Below, piece by piece: positions 29,192 to 38,399 of a DNA stretch of 46,757 nt; the first letter of the stretch is position 1, and every line of letters starts with the position of its first letter. The notes under the pieces are model-generated. The model had not been told where the DNA came from. It saw only the letters and a program-made list of their open reading frames with translations, and made no database searches. The DNA lies in IMG/VR virus record IMGVR_UViG_2681813146_000008, positions 1 through 46,757 of that record, one strand, 5' to 3'. The position numbers were made by a program, and so were the translations under genes. Source of the DNA: a virus. Its lineage: Duplodnaviria > Heunggongvirae > Uroviricota > Caudoviricetes.

Positions 29192-29355
29192 TTGTTCCCC
29201 CGTTTTTTCGTTGATAGTTCTGCCAACAATTCATCTTGCGAACGGCACGGATGCCAGCGTTTACCATCCTCACCCATGATCCAGCCGTGACCGTAGTGCA
29301 TTGCCGGACTTTGTTTTACCAGCAGCGATGCAAATGATGGTTCTTTCGTCAGCAT
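29155..29355 (-). CDS. Hypothetical early-operon protein (position of 186 fil)
   Basis: Start set at internal Met MLTKEPSF to avoid overlap with cII; the track ORF extends to 29385. Confidence 0.45.
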   Translation of the reverse strand: MLTKEPSFASLLVKQSPAMHYGHGWIMGEDGKRWHPCRSQDELLAELSTKKRGNKWLLKALRRLFH

Positions 29356-29362
29356 AAGCACC

Positions 29363-29872
29363 TCACAGCAAACCGAATGAAGCACCGAGGCCAGTTACAG
29401 TATCAACTGCACTTGCCATCGCAGGATTAACCTGTAAACGGGCCTGCAATGAAACAGCAGCTAACGCCATCAGTCGTGTAACAGAGTTAATGCTGCTGAT
29501 AGCATCACGACGACCTGCACTGGTTTTTACATCGCCAGATACCGCACCTGCAGCAACACGCCCGATCTCTGCGGTTGCACTCATGACGTAATGTGGCAGT
29601 TTCTCTTTTGCCACCTCATTAATCGGTACACATGGCAGGCAGTGAATCTGTGCCAGAAAACCGTCTACCAGCGTTGAATCTTCCGTCAGATCGGTAAGTA
29701 GCCAGATATCTGGCGCATTGAGCTGATGCGGTTGATCTGGGTTGAGTTTGTTTCGCAGAGTCTGGACATTCATTCCTGCACGTTCTGCCAGCTTCGCCAT
29801 ATTGTGACGAAGTGCAAAAGCTCTACAGGCTTCATCAAAATGCGGGTGTTTGGAAATCTTATAATCAAACAT
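29363..29872 (-). CDS. cII: CII-like transcriptional activator (phage 186 CII family)
   Basis: 169 aa, same length as 186 CII; position after apl in the lytic operon. Confidence 0.75.
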   Translation of the reverse strand: MFDYKISKHPHFDEACRAFALRHNMAKLAERAGMNVQTLRNKLNPDQPHQLNAPDIWLLTDLTEDSTLVDGFLAQIHCLPCVPINEVAKEKLPHYVMSATAEIGRVAAGAVSGDVKTSAGRRDAISSINSVTRLMALAAVSLQARLQVNPAMASAVDTVTGLGASFGLL

Positions 29873-29904
29873 GCTACCCCCTTAGAAAGTTCTCATAATT
29901 GAAC

Positions 29905-30147
29905 TTACTTACCAACAATGACGCGGAAGTTGGAATGACCGAGGGATTCACGGACCTGATCGGTTTTGTACATTAAATAACGCAGGTTTACGCGGCCTTT
30001 GTTTTTTTCTTTCTTGACCATGTATTTAGCAAGCTGACCATGGTGAATTTTTTGATACACGGAGCCGCGGGAGATACCTTCCCATTCCGCGAACTCTGCA
30101 GGCGTAGCCATCTCTTTTGGTACACGAATTGAAATATCAGTGCTCAT
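29905..30147 (-). CDS. apl: Apl/Cox-like excisionase and lytic-promoter repressor
   Basis: 80-aa HTH protein, first gene transcribed away from cI. Confidence 0.7.
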   Translation of the reverse strand: MSTDISIRVPKEMATPAEFAEWEGISRGSVYQKIHHGQLAKYMVKKEKNKGRVNLRYLMYKTDQVRESLGHSNFRVIVGK

Positions 30148-30266
30148 AGTGCAGTATCTCCCGATTAAGGTTTGGTTTACGTCGTTTTATCTCGTTTTAC
30201 TTGATTCAATATTTGATACATCTAGATACTACGATCCAATATTTGATACGTCAACAGGATTAAAAA
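30148..30266. promoter_or_regulatory. Immunity switch region between apl and cI (candidate pR/pL and operators)
   Basis: Two 18-bp direct repeats t(t/c)caatatttgatac(a/g)tc at 30205-30222 and 30235-30252 (30-bp period); candidate minus-strand promoter -35 TTGACG (30249-30254) and -10 TAGTAT (30226-30231); palindrome atctagat at about 30218-30225. Confidence 0.5.
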
Positions 30267-30899
30267 ATGATACAGGTAAAGGTTGGAGAGAATACAGGGG
30301 GAAGAGAGGCTATCCATAGACTAATGGCAGCCTATGATTTCAAGTCCAGACAGCAACTTTGCGATCACTTAGGCGCATCAAAAAGCACCATGGCAAACAG
30401 ATACTTAAGAGATAGTTTTCCTGCAGAGTGGGTGATTCAGTGCGCCTTGGAAACAGGAGTTTCTTTACTGTGGCTAACCACCGGACAGGGGGAGCCAGGT
30501 CCAAACATTGAACCTAAAAAAAATATCAATTCCGTGAACTCCAGCAAGGTTGTACCTCTTTCTGAACTAGTATCTCCTGAAATTGACAAGGCGACTCTCA
30601 ACGGTGGTTTATTGGTCGATGCTGGAAAAGCAATCATTGATAGCAGCATACTCCCCTCAGACTCAAGCAACCTACTGCTGGTGACTACTTCTGGTGATTC
30701 TTATTTAATAGATCGCAACCAAACACCACCAGTAAATGGTATGTGGTTAGTCGATATCGACGGGATAAAAAGCATCGTTAAATTGACCCGACTCCCGGGA
30801 AACAAATTAGTAGTGCATCAGGATGATTCATCGTTTGAGTGCGGTCTGGATGACATTGAGGTAGTAGGCCGCGCACTGAAAATCATTAAGAGCCTTTGA
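30267..30899 (+). CDS. cI: CI immunity repressor (186 CI-like)
   Basis: 210 aa with N-terminal HTH; followed directly by int (lysogenic operon). Confidence 0.8.
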   Translation: MIQVKVGENTGGREAIHRLMAAYDFKSRQQLCDHLGASKSTMANRYLRDSFPAEWVIQCALETGVSLLWLTTGQGEPGPNIEPKKNINSVNSSKVVPLSELVSPEIDKATLNGGLLVDAGKAIIDSSILPSDSSNLLLVTTSGDSYLIDRNQTPPVNGMWLVDIDGIKSIVKLTRLPGNKLVVHQDDSSFECGLDDIEVVGRALKIIKSL

Positions 30900-30900
30900 T

Positions 30901-31920
30901 ATGACCATCAGAAAACAGCCGAACGGAAAATGGTTGTGTGAGTGCTATCCCAATGGACGCAATGGCAAGCGCGTGCGTAAGCAATTTGCCACGAAAGGCG
31001 AAGCCATTGCGTTTGAAAGCTTCACAATGGAAGAAGTGAATAAAAAACCGTGGTTGGGTGAAAAGGATGATCGGCGACGCCTATCAGAATTAATTGAGCT
31101 TTGGTATTCCCTGTATGGTCAGACACTCGCAGACCCCAAGCGCCTCATGGCGAAACTTAGAATTATCTGTAATGGTCTAGGCGACCCCATCGCCTCTGAG
31201 CTGACAGCAGGTGATTTCACAAAATATCGGGAAGCCAGATTAAAGGGGGAGGTCCAAAATGAAGACGGTTCGTTCATGTCACCCGTTAAACCTCGCACAG
31301 TTAATCTTGAGCAGCGTAACCTGTCATCGGTGTTCGGTACATTGAAAAAACTAGGGCACTGGTCCGCACCAAACCCGCTGGCAGGGCTTCCAACCTTCAA
31401 AATTGCTGAAGGTGAATTGGCTTTTCTTTCCACGGACGAAATCAAACGCCTGTTGGCTGCATGTGCTGAATCTCAAAGCCCGAGCCTACTAATGATTACC
31501 AAAATATGCTTAGCTACCGGCGCACGGTGGAGTGAAGCCGAAAAACTGCAGGGCCATCAGTTATCCAAATACCGCATCACTTATACCAAGACGAAGGGCA
31601 AGAAAAACCGTACCGTGCCGATATCTCAGGAGCTGTACAACGAACTTCCTAAAAACCGAGGGAAGTTATTCTCGCCATGCAGAAAAGCCTTTGAGCGTGC
31701 AGTAAAGCGGGCCGGTATTGAGCTTCCAGAGGGTCAATGCACCCATGTATTACGTCATACATTTGCCAGCCATTTTATGATGAACGGAGGAAACATACTT
31801 GTTCTTAAAGAGATTCTCGGTCATACAGATATAAAAATGACAATGGTTTATTCTCATTTTTCCCCAGACCATCTTGAAGATGCCGTTACCAAAAACCCTT
31901 TACATATGTTAACTATTTGA
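30901..31920 (+). CDS. int: Tyrosine integrase (P2/186 type)
   Basis: 339 aa; C-terminal catalytic R...H-x-x-R...Y (HVLRHTFASH, MVYSHF). Confidence 0.92.
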   Translation: MTIRKQPNGKWLCECYPNGRNGKRVRKQFATKGEAIAFESFTMEEVNKKPWLGEKDDRRRLSELIELWYSLYGQTLADPKRLMAKLRIICNGLGDPIASELTAGDFTKYREARLKGEVQNEDGSFMSPVKPRTVNLEQRNLSSVFGTLKKLGHWSAPNPLAGLPTFKIAEGELAFLSTDEIKRLLAACAESQSPSLLMITKICLATGARWSEAEKLQGHQLSKYRITYTKTKGKKNRTVPISQELYNELPKNRGKLFSPCRKAFERAVKRAGIELPEGQCTHVLRHTFASHFMMNGGNILVLKEILGHTDIKMTMVYSHFSPDHLEDAVTKNPLHMLTI

Positions 31921-31930
31921 GCTTACCAAA

Positions 31931-33151
31931 ATGGATATTAAAAACAAAGTCAATAAAGAAAAGTTATTTGAGAACCATTTAAACTCATTATTAAAACAAG
32001 TCATTTCCGAACCAAAATTAAACCCTCCACTTATAGTACATAGAGATATAATAAGTGACTTCACTGAACGTTGCGATAAGTATCTAAAAACAATAATTAA
32101 ATACAAAAGCAACAATAAAGATGGGATGCCGAATTTTGATGAATTAATCAGCAAAGTTAAGAACATTCAAAATGGAATAACATTATCACTTGAAAGTTTT
32201 TTATCAGGTGATATCAAGTCAGCATATGACCACTTTGATAAAACATTCTCTGATAACTCAACAATCCAACACATACATCGCATCACTACTCCACTCAGTA
32301 GCATTTGCAATCATAAAAAACCATTATTTCGAGTTAGAAAAAGTGAAAATCCTCTAACGTCAAGAGATGAAATTTTCCATATTCCATTCTCCAATAGACA
32401 TTTTGTTAGTGCACAAAGATATTCAGTCGCTGGCTTACCATGTTTATATCTTGGCACTTCTGTTTATGTTTGTTGGCAGGAGATGGGAAAACCAGATTTT
32501 GACAAGCTTTTTATTTCATCATTTACTACCAGTGAAACTGAATATAAAGTCTTAAACTTTGCATCACAGCTTTTGTTACATCCCTCACCAAATTACGCCG
32601 ACGAAAATAAACTAGCCGAAACAAATAGAGTAAAGGCCTCTTATCTCATTTTCTGGCCTTTAATTATTGCATGTAATTATTTAAAAAATCATCGTTCTGC
32701 AACATTCATACAAGAGTACATTATCCCTAATTTGTTGATGCAATGGATTAGTAGAAAAACTTACTCGAAAATTGTCGGTGTAGCTTACTTCTCTACAAAA
32801 ATGCCTAATTCACGATTAAGTAACCGCTCAATAAATGTTGTATTTCCACCCAAAGTTACATATGAACAAACGGTAAAACAAAATTTTTGCCCTAAACTCT
32901 CCACATTATTCGACTTTACGCCACCTATTTCGTGGCAGGTCTTAAAAACATTAGATCATTCATCAATAACAGAAAATTCAATAGAATTGATGATGTCAAA
33001 GAGATATCTTCAAAGTCAAGAAAAACTGTCTGGAATTAAAAACTTCGAAGAGGACATTGTAAAACTATACCCCTTAACTGATTTTTACAAACTCGAAAGA
33101 AGTATTGATATGCTATTTGAATATAAAAAGATAGATAACCCCATACTATAA
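31931..33151 (+). CDS. AT-rich hypothetical protein with a RES-like motif (cargo between int and att)
   Basis: 406-aa ORF, strongly AT-rich and Lys/Asn-rich versus neighbouring phage genes; central segment RYSVAGLPCLYLGTSVYVCWQE resembles the RES-domain core; same strand and 10 nt downstream of int. Confidence 0.6.
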   Translation: MDIKNKVNKEKLFENHLNSLLKQVISEPKLNPPLIVHRDIISDFTERCDKYLKTIIKYKSNNKDGMPNFDELISKVKNIQNGITLSLESFLSGDIKSAYDHFDKTFSDNSTIQHIHRITTPLSSICNHKKPLFRVRKSENPLTSRDEIFHIPFSNRHFVSAQRYSVAGLPCLYLGTSVYVCWQEMGKPDFDKLFISSFTTSETEYKVLNFASQLLLHPSPNYADENKLAETNRVKASYLIFWPLIIACNYLKNHRSATFIQEYIIPNLLMQWISRKTYSKIVGVAYFSTKMPNSRLSNRSINVVFPPKVTYEQTVKQNFCPKLSTLFDFTPPISWQVLKTLDHSSITENSIELMMSKRYLQSQEKLSGIKNFEEDIVKLYPLTDFYKLERSIDMLFEYKKIDNPIL

Positions 33152-33267
33152 AACTGGCGACAAATTGGCGGCAGAACTTTAAAATCACATAAAACAGCCA
33201 AACACAAGATAAGACTAATTCACTGATTTAAAACGTAAATATCTATTTTCACTATAATATAAATGGT

Positions 33268-33315
33268 ATGTAGGAATTTCGGACGCGGGTTCAACTCCCG
33301 CCAGCTCCACCAAAT
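33268..33315 (+). repeat. Prophage att repeat, distal copy (48 bp); also the left junction of the P4-like element
   Basis: Perfect copy of 1015-1062. Confidence 0.9.
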
Positions 33316-33348
33316 CATGATCCGGATACGTCCGGTGAAGTACAGAAA

Positions 33349-33380
33349 GCCCGCATGGCACAAGCCCTGCGGGCTTTTTT
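33349..33380 (+). terminator. Hairpin plus T6 downstream of the att repeat
   Basis: gcccgca-N12-tgcgggc followed by tttttt. Confidence 0.45.
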
Positions 33381-33427
33381 GTGTCTGTCGTTGTCCGAGA
33401 ACATCCGGCTAAATCCGGTGATTATTG

Positions 33428-33473
33428 GTATACGTTTAGGTATACGGTAGGATGTATACCTAAAAGCGTATAC
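33428..33473. repeat. Four GTATAC-core repeats upstream of the satellite int (candidate Int/Vis arm-type sites)
   Basis: GGTATACG-type motifs at about 33428, 33440, 33454 and 33468, two in each orientation; two more copies at 45003-45020 near the other att end. Confidence 0.5.
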
Positions 33474-33496
33474 CAATTCATGAAGGAGCGGCCACA

Positions 33497-34684
33497 GTGG
33501 CACGGACAACACGCCCCCTTACCAACACCGAAGTTCTTCGCGCTAAAGCGTTAGAGAAGGATCTAACTCTGCATGATGGCGATGGCCTTTTCCTGATAGT
33601 GAAAACCAGCGGGAAAAAGCTCTGGCGTTTCCGTTATCAACGTCCAGCGACAAAACAGCGGACAATGATGGGGCTTGGTGCTTTCCCCGCCCTTTCACTT
33701 GCTGACGCCCGAGGGTTAAGAGCGGATTACCTTGCCTTGTTAGCCAACGGAATTGACCCACAAATTCAGGCCGAAGTTGCAGAGGAACAGCAGCAAATCG
33801 CTCTGGACAGTATTTTCTCAATGGTCGCCGCTAACTGGTTCCAGCTCAAAAGTAAAAGCGTTACCCCTGATTACGCAAAAGACATTTGGCGCTCATTGGA
33901 GAAAGATGTATTCCCTGCCATCGGTGAGATCCCCGTTCAGCAAATTAAAGCCCGAATATTAGTTGAAGCATTGGAACCAATCAAAGCTCGTGGAGCGCTT
34001 GAGACTGTACGTCGACTAGTGCAGCGTATTAACGAGATAATGATTTATGCCGTAAACACTGGTCTGATTGATGCCAATCCAGCATCAGGTATTGGAATGG
34101 CCTTTGAGAAGCCCAAAAAACAAAACATGCCGACGCTGCGGCCAGAAGAATTGCCGAAGCTGATGCGTTCTTTAGTCATGTCAAATCTGTCTGTTCCGAC
34201 TCGCTGTCTCATTGAATGGCAACTCCTGACGCTCGTGCGCCCTTCTGAGGCCTCTGGTGCCCGTTGGGCAGAGATCGATCTCGATACGAAGCTCTGGACT
34301 ATTCCAGCCGAACGGATGAAAGCTAAGCGGGAACACATTGTTCCTTTATCACCACAGGCATTAGAGATTCTGGATGTAATGAAGCCAATTAGCGCTCACC
34401 GAGAACATGTTTTTCCCAGCAGGAATGATCCTAAACAACCTATGAATAGCCAAACTGCTAATGCTGCTCTTAAAAGGATTGGTTATGGCGGTAAACTCGT
34501 TGCTCATGGGCTTCGTTCTATAGCTAGCACAGCGTTGAACGAGTCTGGTTTTAATTCCGATATTATAGAATCAGCTTTAGCGCATATAGATAAAAATGAA
34601 GTACGGCGGGCGTATAATCGTTCTATTTATTTAGAACAACGCAGAGAATTGATGTCATGGTGGGGTATAAAAGTAAAATCATAG
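33497..34684 (+). CDS. int: Tyrosine integrase, P4/CP4-57 IntA family
   Basis: 395 aa, GTG start with AAGGAG RBS; adjacent to the ssrA 3' end repeat as in CP4-57. Confidence 0.92.
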   Translation: MARTTRPLTNTEVLRAKALEKDLTLHDGDGLFLIVKTSGKKLWRFRYQRPATKQRTMMGLGAFPALSLADARGLRADYLALLANGIDPQIQAEVAEEQQQIALDSIFSMVAANWFQLKSKSVTPDYAKDIWRSLEKDVFPAIGEIPVQQIKARILVEALEPIKARGALETVRRLVQRINEIMIYAVNTGLIDANPASGIGMAFEKPKKQNMPTLRPEELPKLMRSLVMSNLSVPTRCLIEWQLLTLVRPSEASGARWAEIDLDTKLWTIPAERMKAKREHIVPLSPQALEILDVMKPISAHREHVFPSRNDPKQPMNSQTANAALKRIGYGGKLVAHGLRSIASTALNESGFNSDIIESALAHIDKNEVRRAYNRSIYLEQRRELMSWWGIKVKS

Positions 34685-34698
34685 GGCTTTCGCCCTAT
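34681..34698. terminator. Bidirectional hairpin between convergent int and the 913-aa gene
   Basis: atagggc-tttc-gccctat. Confidence 0.4.
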
Positions 34699-34708
34699 GA
34701 TTTAATAA

Positions 34709-37450
34709 TTATAAAGTTTCCAATGCGAAATTTCGATATCTCATTAGTGCATAAATATATCTAGTAGTAGATGCAGGTGTCCATGTTCTCTCAAGTTCTT
34801 TTGCTAGTGCTGCCCCCATCATTTTCTTATCATCATCGCCAAATTTATTTACATAAGCATTTAATATTTTGATAGCTGGAGATTCAGTGACTAACCTAGC
34901 TAAAGCCCTTTCAAGGCTGATGCTTTCTAATATAACTTCTATTTTATTATTTATCACCACACCATCATCTTGTCGAGAACAAAAACCTAAAGAAATTAAA
35001 TCCTGCACTGCATTCCTATGTTTATTCGCCTGAATGAATGAATGGCTCATTTTTTTATTGGCGCACAGATACTCGGCAACTTCGAGTGTTTTTTCTGGCG
35101 AAGTAGCAGCTAAGAAAAGTGATCCTCTTCTATTACGTGCCCCTCTTTTATCTAGATCAATCGCCCCAAATGCTGGGGAAAACAACTCGCCATCATATAT
35201 AACCACAGATTTCCCGATAACCGCTATCAGCCCCGTAAATTGTAACCAAGCCAATAATTTTGAACTATAAGACTTAGGATAACCACCGTCTTTATTCTTA
35301 TAAGTATGGGCTATTATAGATTCATACTTATCGATAGGAACTCTTCTTAAATCGGCATCAACAATATTCTCTGCCAATTCTAACAAAACACTATGACTCT
35401 TAAAATGCTCACGAAGAAACTCAGGGACATTTGTGATAGTCTGTTTACAAACTATATTCCCATTTAAATCTCTGTCTATGAGAACAAAATACTGCAAATC
35501 CATTAAAACATTTATTAATGTTCCCCGACTATATTTTAGTTTAGTTTGCAGTTCATCCAAGCTAATGGTTTTGAACGAGTTTACAACATCAAGAATTAAC
35601 AAAACCATTTTCGGAGATGTTGATGGCATATATGACCATGGTATAACTGGAAGGTCATTTCCTTTCAAGTAATCTCGAAAAACGTCCCAATACACTGATA
35701 ATTTTTCACCTGTTTTAATTACCATCCTATCTGAAATTAGCTCTAAAACAGTATCACTCCCAAACTCTTTAGTAACTTCATATTGACTAATCGGAGAGTT
35801 CTTTGCCACAAATTTTAAACATGAATTTTGTTTTTCAGGCCTATCTAAATCCTCATGAAATAAATTTGAGATCTGTAGTTGACTAACCAACATTTGATCC
35901 TGTGAGATACCTCCTTTTAGTTTTTTGAATACATGAATACAAAGCTTTTTCAATAACCATGGATAACCTTGAGCTTGCTGAATAAGACGCGTGCGTAAAG
36001 GTTTATTTAATTTAAACCCTGTATTTAGCTCGAAACTATTAATTAATTTAGATGAATCTTTTAGATCAAAAGGCTCAAGTTTCTTTTCAACCCTATAATC
36101 TTTTAGCCGATTCCACATTGAGTACGCTGGATTTTCATCCCCTAAAGTAATACCAGTTCTCCATGAGAACCCTACAACTAAATTGCTTTGTAGTGCCGAG
36201 ACATCGAGTGCGAATCGTTCAAATTCTTTAAATAGCCCGAATAGTTCCTCTTTCATAAAGACTTCTTCGAACTGATCAAAGAAAATAGTCAATACCTTAT
36301 CATGTTCGGAAAGGTATTTTAAACATTCCTGAACACTCTCAGATCCTATGATATCCGTAACACTCTCAATCAGGAATGGTTTTTCATATTCGATAAAACC
36401 TTCTTTGATCGCACTGCTGAAAGCTTTAACGACAGCTTCTGCCACAAAACGTCCGCCTCTAGCAGAACGGACATCGACTGGTGTAAGGAAGAATTTATTC
36501 TTCCATTTTTGATTTTTAAATCTTGAGGATAGCCTTGCTATTAAAGATGACTTTCCATTTCCTGAACCGCCTATAAGTGATAGGACTCTACTTTGAGAGC
36601 TATTTCCTCTAACATTCTCAAGATAATCCCAAACTTCTTTCTGTATATATTCGCGACCAACAAAGTCTTTCGGCTGACATGGCTTATAATCCATAAAATC
36701 GTCAGCAAGAATTATTTCACTGACAATTTCCCTTTCGTAATTTTCAGATAATTTTGAAGACGAAACAGTTTGTTCCGGTTCAGATAATATATAAAAATCA
36801 GTTACTTCCAACCCTTCAAAAAGCCCTTGCTCCTTTATAATATCACTTATGCGACTGACACTTGGAATTTTACTATTTTTATTTATAGCGAACGGCACCA
36901 CTCTTATAGGGCTACCATTTTCAACTTCTTGCAAAAGCCAAGTCATTTCTATTTCAGGATGAACTAAAAGTGTTGCACTAGTATATTTTGCCGGAATGTC
37001 ATCTGTTGGAATATCCTCAACCTTACCTGTTGCAAGTATAGATATAAGAATCTCTTTTTTATCAAAAAAAGAATAATCTATACGCTCATCAAGTCTATAA
37101 TCCTCAAGCGTTGACTGAGCATCTTTACCCAAATCAGAAATTGAAAAAAGTGCAATTTTTTTAACTCTCAACCTAAATGCTTGAGAAAATGCCAAATCAA
37201 CCACAGATGAATCAACTTTTTGCTGCATGAATTTACATTCTACATACAGCTTTTCATTTGATGGTGTATGAGTAGCCTGAATATCAATTTCCATGCCAGA
37301 TTTTCTGACTTCCATACCATCAATTCTATACGATTGCCGGCGGAGTATATCAGCGCAAAAATTCTCGAAAAACTTCCCTCTCGAGGTATTGGAATAATTA
37401 CTAGGTACACAAACTATCAAATCTTTATTCAGTGGTAACGGCCTGGCCAT
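34709..37450 (-). CDS. Large hypothetical protein: N-terminal Mrr-like PD-(D/E)xK nuclease motif plus P-loop NTPase; candidate antiviral defence protein
   Basis: 913-aa AT-rich ORF; N-terminus GMEIDIQA...YVECKF (D...E-x-K); Walker A LIGGSGNGKSSL and Walker B-like VLTIFFDQFEE; occupies the position of gop-beta-cII between cos and int. Confidence 0.7.
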   Translation of the reverse strand: MARPLPLNKDLIVCVPSNYSNTSRGKFFENFCADILRRQSYRIDGMEVRKSGMEIDIQATHTPSNEKLYVECKFMQQKVDSSVVDLAFSQAFRLRVKKIALFSISDLGKDAQSTLEDYRLDERIDYSFFDKKEILISILATGKVEDIPTDDIPAKYTSATLLVHPEIEMTWLLQEVENGSPIRVVPFAINKNSKIPSVSRISDIIKEQGLFEGLEVTDFYILSEPEQTVSSSKLSENYEREIVSEIILADDFMDYKPCQPKDFVGREYIQKEVWDYLENVRGNSSQSRVLSLIGGSGNGKSSLIARLSSRFKNQKWKNKFFLTPVDVRSARGGRFVAEAVVKAFSSAIKEGFIEYEKPFLIESVTDIIGSESVQECLKYLSEHDKVLTIFFDQFEEVFMKEELFGLFKEFERFALDVSALQSNLVVGFSWRTGITLGDENPAYSMWNRLKDYRVEKKLEPFDLKDSSKLINSFELNTGFKLNKPLRTRLIQQAQGYPWLLKKLCIHVFKKLKGGISQDQMLVSQLQISNLFHEDLDRPEKQNSCLKFVAKNSPISQYEVTKEFGSDTVLELISDRMVIKTGEKLSVYWDVFRDYLKGNDLPVIPWSYMPSTSPKMVLLILDVVNSFKTISLDELQTKLKYSRGTLINVLMDLQYFVLIDRDLNGNIVCKQTITNVPEFLREHFKSHSVLLELAENIVDADLRRVPIDKYESIIAHTYKNKDGGYPKSYSSKLLAWLQFTGLIAVIGKSVVIYDGELFSPAFGAIDLDKRGARNRRGSLFLAATSPEKTLEVAEYLCANKKMSHSFIQANKHRNAVQDLISLGFCSRQDDGVVINNKIEVILESISLERALARLVTESPAIKILNAYVNKFGDDDKKMMGAALAKELERTWTPASTTRYIYALMRYRNFALETL

Positions 37451-37570
37451 TTATACACTCCTTATCTCATATCCTTTTGACAAGTAAGATATCAACCTCG
37501 AGTTTCAGAAACCAGTATCTTGCGCATATTTACGACATCAAAACTTTTGGTTATGCACCCACAGCGCGCA

Positions 37571-37589
37571 GTGCTTTCCCCGCCTCGCC
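37571..37589 (-). other. cos site of the P4-like satellite (19-nt cohesive-end sequence)
   Basis: Minus strand reads GGCGAGGCGGGGAAAGCAC, an exact match to the P2/P4 cohesive end. Confidence 0.8.
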
Positions 37590-37692
37590 CGCCCGCTTTG
37601 CGGGGCGGTTTTAATACAGTTGCACTGACACGCTCAGACCGCGCCGGGAATGGTGCGGTCTGCAGAAAATGAGGCAGGAAAACGCATGCAAA

Positions 37693-37723
37693 GCCATGCA
37701 CCTTATCGATGCATGGCTTTTTT
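37693..37723. terminator. Hairpin plus T-run between psu and cos
   Basis: gccatgca-N9-tgcatggc followed by tttttt on the plus strand. Confidence 0.4.
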
Positions 37724-37753
37724 CAGTAAAAACGGGAGGATTTTCGGGGAATT

Positions 37754-38326
37754 TTACACAGACTGACGTGATGCCAGTTGCGCACTTTTACGCGAAAAAA
37801 TCATGTTCTGCGCAGGGGTGAATTTTTCACGGCTGTCATCCACCGAAGCCGCGTCAGGCCTGAATCCGATGGTCGTTAAAATGTCACTATCCTGTGCGGA
37901 ATAATTAATTTTTTCCCCCTTCGCAAGCCAGGACAGAAGGGCTTCACGCAGGGCATCTGTGGCACGCTGTATGGCACAGTTTCGGGCAATGGCCGTCAGC
38001 TCACTGTAGCCCATCAGCTCCGGTGCCAGTGCCGCCGCCAGTGCTGTGCCGTGCTGCTGCATAAAATCATTCAGCCGGTCGCGGATGCTGATGTGCTGAA
38101 CGGCTTCATGCGAACGAATATAACGACCGGCGGCCTGATTCACCTGCCATTTTCTGACTTCGATAATATTGCGTAATTCGTCCAGGCGACTGACGTTTCT
38201 GCCTTCTCCTGACTGAAGCCGCAGATATTCCTGTTCGGCCGCAGCCAGCTCATTTTTGCGTTGCAGCCATGCTGCTTTGTTATTCTGACAGGTGTCAAAG
38301 GCCTGCTGTAAGGCTGTGCTTTCCAT
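37754..38326 (-). CDS. psu: Polarity suppression protein Psu (Rho antagonist, capsid decoration)
   Basis: 190 aa, sequence recognised as P4 Psu (MESTALQQAFDTCQNNKAAWLQRK...). Confidence 0.9.
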   Translation of the reverse strand: MESTALQQAFDTCQNNKAAWLQRKNELAAAEQEYLRLQSGEGRNVSRLDELRNIIEVRKWQVNQAAGRYIRSHEAVQHISIRDRLNDFMQQHGTALAAALAPELMGYSELTAIARNCAIQRATDALREALLSWLAKGEKINYSAQDSDILTTIGFRPDAASVDDSREKFTPAQNMIFSRKSAQLASRQSV

Positions 38327-38399
38327 CGTTATCTCTTTCTCATCATGCTGAAGAATAAAAATACGGTGTGCGGCGACGGCCGGTGTTAACCGGCAGCCC

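Larger units (their letters stand above)
1015..33315. mobile_element. P2-family prophage with 186-like regulation, integrated in the ssrA 3' end
   Basis: Bounded by a perfect 48-bp direct repeat; contains a full P2-type late gene set, cos, gene A, cII-apl-cI and int. Confidence 0.9.

Noticed and set aside
34709-37450. Classical restriction-modification system
   Set aside because: No methyltransferase or specificity gene is adjacent; the Mrr-like motif is fused to an NTPase in a single ORF, which fits a modification-independent nuclease-ATPase effector better.
37432-37701. Two short overlapping ORFs (60 and 69 aa) across the satellite cos
   Set aside because: They read through the exact cos 19-mer and two terminator-like hairpins; most likely non-coding.
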